Positions 55,401-64,000 of a DNA stretch of 64,000 nt are shown here, in pieces. The stretch spans positions 1 to 64,000 of IMG/VR virus record IMGVR_UViG_3300012662_000008. The stretch is one strand, 5' to 3'. Each line of letters opens with the position of its first letter. Position 1 is the first letter of the stretch. The notes beneath the pieces are model-generated. The model was given only the letters and a program-made list of their open reading frames with translations, had not been told where the DNA came from and searched no databases. Source of the stretch: a virus (lineage: Duplodnaviria > Caudoviricetes). The position numbers and the translations under genes are program-made.

Positions 55401-58400
55401 CTGTAATTCTGTATCAAACGCTTTTATTTCATTATATCCAGCTGGCTCATCTGGAATAGTTTCAGAGTCATATAATTCTGCATTACTTCTAGCTGCATCT
55501 AATCCTATCAAGTTAAGCACTTCATATTTCGGATCTTTTAAGAGCTCCTGCTCTTTTTGGTTGTAGCTTGTTCTAAAATTTTTCTGTAACTCTTTTAAAT
55601 CCCTAGTTAACTCTATAACTTTTGCCTGGTCTCTATTATATTGTGAAAACGCTTCGGAGTCACGGCCTATAACTGCGTGATTGTAATATGCATTTGTTTT
55701 TAGGTCTTTTGTTTTTGTCTCCAACTCTTTTAATCTCGGAGACATAAGTTCCATCATTCTATAATGCAATGCCGCAGCGCGCCTTTTTAGATCAATATCG
55801 TTGAGTTTCGATGTGTTCATCTCCTTTTTAATTGCATCTTGTTCATATCTGGAAAGGTCATTAAACTTTTTCCCATATATAACCTGCGCAAAAGTTTCTG
55901 GAGATTGTTGCCAATAAGGTGTAGTATAAGATCCGTCAGCCCTTTTCATTCCTTTTATTCAGGGCTCACTCATTTCTGGAGAAACCGTAAAAAGTACCTG
56001 ATCCGCATATTCATCATCATTTTTTCCAAGCATAAGTTTGTCGCGGAGTTCATTAAGCTCTTTAAGATGCTGTTTCAGATAATCAAGGTTTTTATTTTTT
56101 TCAAGATTTTCCGCAGCAACCTCCCGTTCTTCACGAGTTGGGGCTTTTGTAGTTTCGTTGCCTATTTTATCAATTGCAGCCTGCGTTTCTACTATTTTCC
56201 GAGCAACATCTACTATATCACTCGCATAAGTAGTGTGAAATCCATACTCTTTAATTGTTGCTAGATATGCATTGTGCATTCCCTTGTCTGCAGCGAAAAA
56301 TTCGTCACGAGACTTTGCTTTTGAGTCTTGAAAAAGGGCATCTTCTGTCTCTTGATTCTTTTTAAAAATATCCGTTTCAGTAAGAGTAAGTTCGCCTTTT
56401 GCAATTTTTTCAAAATCGTCTTGGTTGAAAAGTCGTCCATATTTAATATTTAAACCAAAATCATTAACAACATTTTCCATATAACGTATATAATTCTTTA
56501 TAACGTTATAATTATAATTTGCTTGATTGTCAGTTTCTGTGCCTTTTTCAAAAACTTGATTTCCCTCAGAGTTTTTCCTAGTTTTTGTTGCAGAAAGGTT
56601 TTTATTTCCTAAGTAGCCCTTATCATATAAGACATCAAGTCGATCATATAATTCATTTGTTCTACCAGACGTAATCATATATAGCGCCTGCTCTTTTGCG
56701 TCTAAACTAGCAAGTTCAACCACTTTTGGTCCAAAAATTCTCTCATATCTATTCAGCCCCTCAAACACGGCACCACCAAGAAAACCTCCAATAAAAGCCT
56801 GCCCATATCGCGTAGCAATATTTTGTGGTGTATATCCAAAATCAAGTTTTTCCTCTTGTCGTTCCCTAACCGGTATTCCTAGAGCTTCCGCACCAAGAAA
56901 TAGACATTTAACAGCATCGGCAGTAGCTTCCTCCATTGTCTCTTCAACGCCCTCATTAAAAGCACGTCCAATAACATCTTTCGCAACAATCTTTGTTTTC
57001 TTTGTTACGCCAGACGCCAGTGATTGTGCCTTCCCTGCTACTGGACTTGAAAGAAATTTTTGTCAGAGATTCTTTAATTTATTCGAGCTTGCATTATATA
57101 ATACCTTCGCCTCCTCTTTCGTAAGAGATTCTTTTCCGAGCAGCGTTGCATAATATGGATCGGAAAGTTCCTTTCTAAGGTTTTTAATAATTCCAGGAGC
57201 CTCAGATTCATCAAGTACTCCACCTTTAAAAAGCCATTCTCTAAAATAATCAGCATGCATCAATCCATATAATGTACCTATCGATGCAAGCATTCCAATT
57301 CCAGCAGCTTGATCTGACGCTCCAGCTTCTTTAAAATCAGAGTAAACTTGGTCTGATGATGTTATTGCCATAAAACCAAGAGAAAGTTCGCGAGCAAGAT
57401 TTTTATTGCCCATATTAACGGCTTTCTGGATTCCGTAAGTCAATTCACCTAATGTTTTCTGTGAATACAATTGGCTAGCAGAAGATGTGAGAATATCAGC
57501 AATACTTTCGAGAGACCAGAAGCCATCGCGCTGCCCTTTATCAGATTGTGTTGGAGCAAACTTTTGGAACCAATTCTCGGCAACGGTCATATTTTTTCCA
57601 AAAGAACCATTATTATCTCCGCCAAACAGCCCATTAATTGCCTTCCCAAGAGTTGGCATGATGCTAGTAAGGCCGGAAACAATGCCAAGAACACCCATAA
57701 CATTTCTAACTCCAGGAATCAGATAAGGAGTTAATGTGACAGCGGTTTTAACAAGAGTCCCCGTAATGCTTTTTTCAAGTCCATCAGAGTCGAAAAAATC
57801 AAACTTGTTAAGAGTAGATCCATCCACAGTAAGAGTGTCGGTATATCGTAATATATCTCTGCCATATCCCTCTTTGTTTCCTAGTACCTCATAATAAAAA
57901 TCGCCATTTTCGTCGGTTTTATAATCGCCTTTTTTATGAAAAACTTTTTGTCCATTTATCTTTTCGTACCCATCTTCATCATATATTGCAAGGGCTACGG
58001 TTGGATCCAAAAGAGACTTATATAATCCAGAATGTTGGTTTGGAGTTCAATCTAGTTTGTTTCCATTTTCATCACGCACATAGTTATCTTGCGCAATCTC
58101 TCTAATACTAAAAGTAGGATCTCCGAAAACACCAATCCCAGTAATACCCATACTTCTTCTATCTGGGTTGTACATTTTTGGAGTTATTGTGGCGCTAACG
58201 TCTTTTACTTCAGTTTTCAAGGGCTGGGTCCAATCAAAAGGATCTTTTGCTAAATTATCAACAAGCTTCTTTTCCCAGTCCTCATTGGCAAAATCGTTAT
58301 ATGTACTAACGGCACTTGTATAAAAATTATCAAACGCCACTTCATCAAAATTTCCATCTTTTGTAAATGCCTTTTGTACCTCTTCATTGTTTTTATAAAA

Positions 58401-58514
58401 ATCTTCAGATTGTATATTAACATTATCTGGAGTTATTCCATGTGCTACTATTTCATCAAAAGAGCTTGGATTATTAAATAAAAGGGTTGCTACCCAGTCC
58501 TTGTTATTCGCCAT
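49428..58514 (-). CDS. Giant virion/ejection-type protein (~3028 aa) with a superfamily 1 helicase-like domain
   Basis: Seven co-framed fragments; the six internal fragment ends are TGA (9087 nt in total). QGGPGTGKT, IIIDEV, SGDKKQ, QGGEFDYV, TMVSRAK. Hydrophobic Gly/Ala segments near the N-terminus. Confidence 0.85.
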
Positions 58515-58515
58515 A

Positions 58516-60372
58516 TTATAAATTTATTCTTCAGTTACTGTTTTGTTCTGCTGCCGCAATCTGTTGTCCTACAACGTTTGTTTGCGCAGGATGTGAAAAT
58601 TCAGTTTTCGGTCTATATTGACCAATTGTCATTATAACACCTTGTACTGGATCTACAATTGGAATATAAACGTTTCCGTAATAGAAACTACGCTTTAATG
58701 CACCTTTATAATTATTCACAGGATCCGCTCGTTTTGCAGGATCTGCTTTTCCATGTTGTGTATAATTGTTGTATTTGTCGGCGTAATCGGCTCCAAAATC
58801 TCGGTCTTTCTTTTCTAGGAACGGTTTGGATTGTTCTTGTATATCAAGTATTGTATCACTTGCATAAGCGGCAAACGTTGCAAAAAAAGCGGTATTTGTA
58901 CAATTGAAAGTTTTTGTGTTCTGATCATATGTAACTCCCTCAGTTTCAAGTTCTTTCAATTTATTATTTATTTCAAGATCACTTATTCCCGGATTTTCAG
59001 ATATTCATCTATTTAACTCATTAAGTGTCAATACCATATCAAAATCTGGCACAACCTGTCCATGGTCTTTTTTAGCTGGCAATGAAACTCGCATAACTTT
59101 ACTTGTTCCATCCCACACAATTTTTGATTTATCCTCTGGACTAATTCTCTGATTTCCAAAAGTAATAGATGAAGTATCGCACGCTTTTAATTGTTCGGCC
59201 TGTGGTATGAGAACTTCAAGATTGTTTGCATATAATCCCTTTCCATCCTTATCTTGCATTGGGCCCCCATTTCATGCATGTATGGTCATTCCAGCTTGAT
59301 CTGCAACTCGAGATGCAACGGGCACAATTGATGTAGTTGTTTCGGTAAGATCTCCTTTTGCAAACATGTTCGCAAGAGAATCTTGCACCATTGCGCCTTC
59401 TTTATCACTAGCCGCAGTTTTACTAAGCTTGCCATCTTTTTCAACCTGTCCTTCTCAGTCTACAGAAATAGATCTTTCAGTATTTGCAACAAGCATTGTA
59501 GCCATCATTGCTTTTGGATCATATCCCTCTGCAAAAGAAATTGCTTCAAGTTTCCTTTTCATTTTGTTTGGCAGAGTACTCATCAAGTAGTTAAGAGCAG
59601 TATATATATTTTTATCAGCAATTGTGTCCTGATTTTTAATTTTGTAAACTCCATCTGGACCCGCCTGTATAAGCTGTAATTGCTTTGTGTCAAAATCTCC
59701 TCCAATAAGATCTTGTAATCCAGATTGGATTGCATTCTGTTGTTTGTCAGAGTACCCTTCTACTGTACTTGTTTTAAACTTAGAAATAGTATCTTGCAGA
59801 TATTTTGTAATTGTATCAATGCCTACTGCGTTATTTATATCATCAATAATCTTTGTGTTATATGCAAGATCGGGTCTGCTACGCCTAAGATTTAATAACT
59901 CTGCATTTGTAAGAGGAGCAATTTTTCCTTCCTGTTCTTTTATTTTATCTGGAGTCAGTGCTTCAACTTTTCCACTATCTGTATTCATGCAATATATTCG
60001 GCCTCTATCATCAATCGCAAGATCTGCCTCTGCATTCTGCTCCGTTAAGTTTTTAACTGCTGTGTTGTAACGTTCGTAATTTGTAGTAACGGAGGATGCC
60101 ATTCTAGCTAATTGTACCAGATCACGTTGTGTAAGATTTTCTCCGTCTGGGTTAAGTCCCATTTGGAGCTTTATATCAACTGCATCTAAGAACTTGGCGA
60201 CATCAGAGTCAAGCCCTTTTTCTTTAACGAGATCGAATAATTTATCTATTGTTTTGTTTTTCTTTGAAGAATCCTCAGAAGAGGCCGTAGTTGTTTTTAC
60301 GGTCTCTTCTGCGACTCTATTTGTTGTAGGAAGGTAAGCAATACCTCCGCCTGCAAATTTCTTTATTTTCAT
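58516..60372 (-). CDS. Virion/cargo-type protein (~618 aa)
   Basis: Fragments 59455-60372, 59005-59259 and 58531-58959 are co-framed; ends …NSN(W)RINL-TAA 58516-58518. Confidence 0.78.
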
Positions 60373-60375
60373 ATA

Positions 60376-63300
60376 TTATTTCATTAATTTCATCAGCATT
60401 TTATGCAGATTGTTGCTCGCTTGTAAGACAGCACGTTTTGCTGCTTTATCACCTTGTAAGACAAGCCTATCGTTAACGTCGAGTTTTTGCTTCTTTGATA
60501 CAGTTTTTTCTACTTTTCCTCCGGATTTATATCTAACGATTGGTCCATATATAGTCGAGTAGTAATTATTTTGCAAGCCAAGCCTCTTATTTCTGTATCT
60601 ATCTGTAGCGGCTCTAACGCCATTGCCCTCTTTAATTTTATTATATCTATTAAGTCGATTTGCATCAGCAGCAACCCAAGATTCAAAAGACATGCTCCCT
60701 TTATTTGGGTCATTTTCGTATTCGCCTCGCAACCCAGCAAACTCCATTTTAATAGCATCATTGTACTCGTTCTCTGCATCTTGCAGATCGGACTCGTATT
60801 GTGATTGTGCCTTTTTATTCTGCAGATCACGCGCATTCTGTCTAAACTGCTTGCTATAAGTATTTCAAACCTGTGCCCACTTTTCATTTCTTTCAGCAGC
60901 ATCAGCCTCTTTAAGAGATGCGGCCACCTGTGCAGATAATGCTCTATTTGCATCTGCAACTTCTGCATCTTGTGAAGCTTGCGCATTTGCTCTTTGTACT
61001 TCAGTTGCGTTAAACTGGTTGATTGCTTGTGTTTTCTGCTCTCCTGCGCGTTCATGTATATCAGAAATTGCTTTTGCTCTCTGAAGTTCTCCAGCCATAT
61101 TTTCTCTGTTATCAGAAGAATTGAACTGTACCTGCCTGTAAGGCTCAACTGCTTCATTTACTTGTCTATCAATTGGGGAGACATCAAAACGAGTTCCTTG
61201 TATTCTTGGTGATGTCTTCGTTGCAAGTCCAGCCAATTTAATCGCTTCTCTCTTGTCGTCATAAGCCTTTCCAATTGCCGTAGATTGTACTATTGCAGAC
61301 GTCAAGTCCATCATTCCCGGAATATTAAACTTTGGCTTTTTTCCTCTTTCATGTATATTTTCACCACCGTCTTGGAATTTCGGTATTTCACCACCTTGTT
61401 TGAATTTGATTCCTTTTCCTCGCATAAAATTACCAATTTCTCCAGTAGTACTATTATTCAATAAGTAGGTTGTTCCTGTATATAATGGCGTGCCTTTTCC
61501 ATACCATTGTGCAATAATTCGGCGTATTGCGTTCGCGGCCGCCTCTGGATGTTCTTGCATAAACTTTTTTGCTTCAGGCTGTGCGAATATGTTCTCAAGA
61601 CTATAACGAGCCGAGCTTGCGTCCGCTGGGTAGCTGGATGCTTGGCGGGCAATCAGGTCGTTTCTAAAATCAATCAATCTTTTAGCAGATAAACGACTGT
61701 CTGGAACAACTGGCGCTGGAGTTGTTGCTGCTGGAGTAACCGGTGTAACCATCCTATATCCACGTGGCCCAAAAGCATTTGCAGTCAGAGGGCCTAATCA
61801 ACGTCTCCTATCCTGTACTGGCGCGTTACCAAAAGTAGCATTTGTGAAAACTTGCGGATTGTTAACTGTCATCCTAGAAATAGCTTGTGCGGTGTCACGA
61901 GCGCGTAACCAATCAAACAAGTTCATAGAGCTAGTTTCACTGTTTGGATTGTATTGTCTAGTTCTAACTGCTTTATTTGCAGCATTTATTTCCTCTGCAG
62001 AAAGCCCAGAAACAACTCTAGCAAGATTTTCGTCACGCATTCAAACTTTTTTCGGATTCAGCATTTCGCTCCATATCGATGTGTTTTCTGGTAATTTAAG
62101 GCTGTCTCCTAACTCGAAACGAGCATCACCAGCTTCGCGACTTCAATTTAAAAATCCATTTCTTTTCCAGTGTTTCTTTCCAGCCGTCTCTTTAAGACCA
62201 AGAGCGTCAAAAACATCCTGTGCTGCTTTATCAAGAGCTTCTCCATCAAGAGCACTATTTTGCTCTTTTACCATGTCCTTGATTTTGCTAAGAGCCTCTT
62301 TCTTTGTTTTTGTTTTATCAAGAGTTTCAAGTATTTCCCCAGTCTTTTTATCAAAAAGGACGTCTCCTACCTTTCCATTTTTAATTGCCTTTGCATCTTT
62401 TGCAGCAGTTTGTGCTGTATCTGCAAGATTTGTAATTGCACGAGCGTCTTTAATTCCCTGTCTAACAACGGCTCCACCACCAGTAGCAGCAGAAAGTCCA
62501 TTAAAAAGATCAGTAAGATCATTGGAGGTAAGTTTGCTTCACTCTCCCTTAACGATTTTATCAAGAGCTGCTTGTGCGTTTGCAAGACCAGCAGCGCCAA
62601 GAACAGGAGTGGCGAAACGCATTGCTTTTCCAAGTAACGGAGCAATCTTTTGGAGTCCTTTTCCAACTTTGAAAATCTTTGCAGCGGCACCAGCAATAGG
62701 AGCTGCTGTAAGTGCGTCCATCGCATAATTTGCAATTGCACGACCCCAGTAATTCCCAACGTCACGACCCTCTTTTTGTGCCAATCGATCGGCCCGTAAT
62801 TGAGCTGTTGTAGCAAGAGCTCCAGTTACTGCGCCGGCAGTAGAGGCGCCCGGGATAAGAGATACGATTGTTCCTCCTAAGTCAGTGATAGCAGCGCCAA
62901 TCCTAAGTTTTTCAGATTCTGTAAGACCCTCATCCATAGTGTGCGCTTTGGAAATATCGTGTTTAAGATCACTAGTTTTTGTAATTTTTGCCTCAGCCAC
63001 CGGACCAGCGAAAGCCCCTCCAGTTTGGAGCTTTTGGAGCCTATTTCAATCAATTTTTCCTCCTTGTTTTTTAAACGCTAGTCCAGAAATAGCCTCCCGG
63101 CCACGCGATTCTGGATTGTTTGCTCTTGTTTGTGGATCTACCCTGCGCTTTCCAAACTGACTCAATTGCCCATTAAAATCAATATTTCAGATTCCATTTT
63201 TAATATTTTCGAGTATATAATCTTTCCAACTCTGATCTATATCATATCCTTTGGCTCCTTGCGCATTCGGATCATAATTTGTTATAATGCTATATCTTCC

Positions 63301-63999
63301 AGTAGTTGGATTATACATCAATGCGTTATTTTGCCTTGCTTTTCCAGGAGCTTGTGTAGTAAACTCTTTGTAAGGAGCATAACCATTCGCATCTATTTCA
63401 CCTCAATCAATTGGTGTAGCAGTTTGATAGGCTGCTTGTTTTCTAGCACTAGCGTACGCGTCTAGGTTGTTCAGCTTTGTAACAGCACCATTATCAAACA
63501 TCATATAACGTATAATTGGCTCACCATAATTTGTTTGCCCATCCGTATAAGCGAATAATTTCTTTCCTGCGCCTAAGTTATATTCACCAGTTATGTCTTT
63601 TACTCCCTTTCCTGCCAATCCGTTTTTTTTTCTAAACTCACTATCATATTCTCTTGCATAAACGCTTTCTGGGTCGTACATGGTATAACCACCATAGTAC
63701 TTATTATCCTTTCCTGCTCAAATTCTATCACCCTGAAAACGAACTCCAGAGGCGTTCATATTGTCGTAAGTAGTATTTCAATTTGCCCCATTTGCACTAG
63801 CAGTTAAGAATGGACGAAATATCGTACCTAATGCATCATCTGCAGCAACTTCATCCCTAGTGTATAAACGACCTTTGTGATAAAATCCATTTTCGTATTG
63901 TGTGCCTTTAAAAAGATTATTTCCAAAAAGTGCCCAATCTACATCTCCATTACCAAAAATCCCTCCAGTAAGAGTATATTCACCATTCTCACCTTTTGT
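60376..63999 (-). CDS. Large virion/cargo-type protein, 5'-partial (>1200 aa)
   Basis: Fragments 63403-63681, 62539-63000, 61798-62040, 60865-61752 and 60376-60747 are co-framed. The frame runs off the window end. Ala/Gly-rich hydrophobic segments. Confidence 0.78.
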
Positions 64000-64000
64000 A

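Noticed and set aside
33648-63465. Plus-strand ORFs in the right half (e.g. 61844-62728, 52027-52602, 33648-34112)
   Set aside because: They are antisense shadows of long minus-strand genes, with no motifs and atypical composition.
33410-63999. Apparent mass pseudogenisation of the minus-strand genes
   Set aside because: The fragments are co-framed and the fragment ends I checked are TGA. Recoding explains them, with no frameshifts needed apart from the intron.
1-64000. Suppressor tRNA-Trp(UCA), release factor, site-specific recombinase, or reverse transcriptase/DGR
   Set aside because: I looked in the intergenic gaps and ORFs and found none recognisable. They may lie outside the window, and a tRNAscan/HMM search is needed to be certain.

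Overview
This is a 64 kb segment of a crAss-like bacteriophage genome (Crassvirales; Bacteroidota host inferred from TTTG-N19/20-TAnnTTTG promoters). It uses an alternative genetic code in which TGA encodes Trp, so the supplied ORF track fragments many genes. Positions 1-33.4 kb (+ strand) carry replication and nucleotide-metabolism genes: DnaB, AAA ATPase, SSB, primase, resolvase, exonuclease, NrdD/NrdG, dUTPase, DNA ligase, RNA ligase, GlyA, thioredoxin, ThyX, VWA/AAA pair, dNMP kinase, and two RepL-like genes each preceded by 21-22 bp-periodic repeats. Positions 33.4-64 kb (- strand) carry giant virion/ejection proteins, including a ~3385-aa virion RNA polymerase. Three group I introns interrupt dnaB, nrdD and the RNAP gene at catalytic motifs. 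Their splice sites can be placed by P1/P10 pairing, and two encode LAGLIDADG endonucleases. The most notable hidden feature is an EcoRI-family adenine methyltransferase whose 3' end lies in a 359-bp segment flanked by perfect 21-bp inverted repeats (13205-13225 and 13543-13563). The opposite strand holds a silent, in-frame alternative C-terminus, giving a two-state invertible (shufflon-like) switch next to a DUF262-HNH nuclease. TGA usage is also very uneven between genes, consistent with translational gating. All calls come from manual reading and motif recall; no database searches were run.
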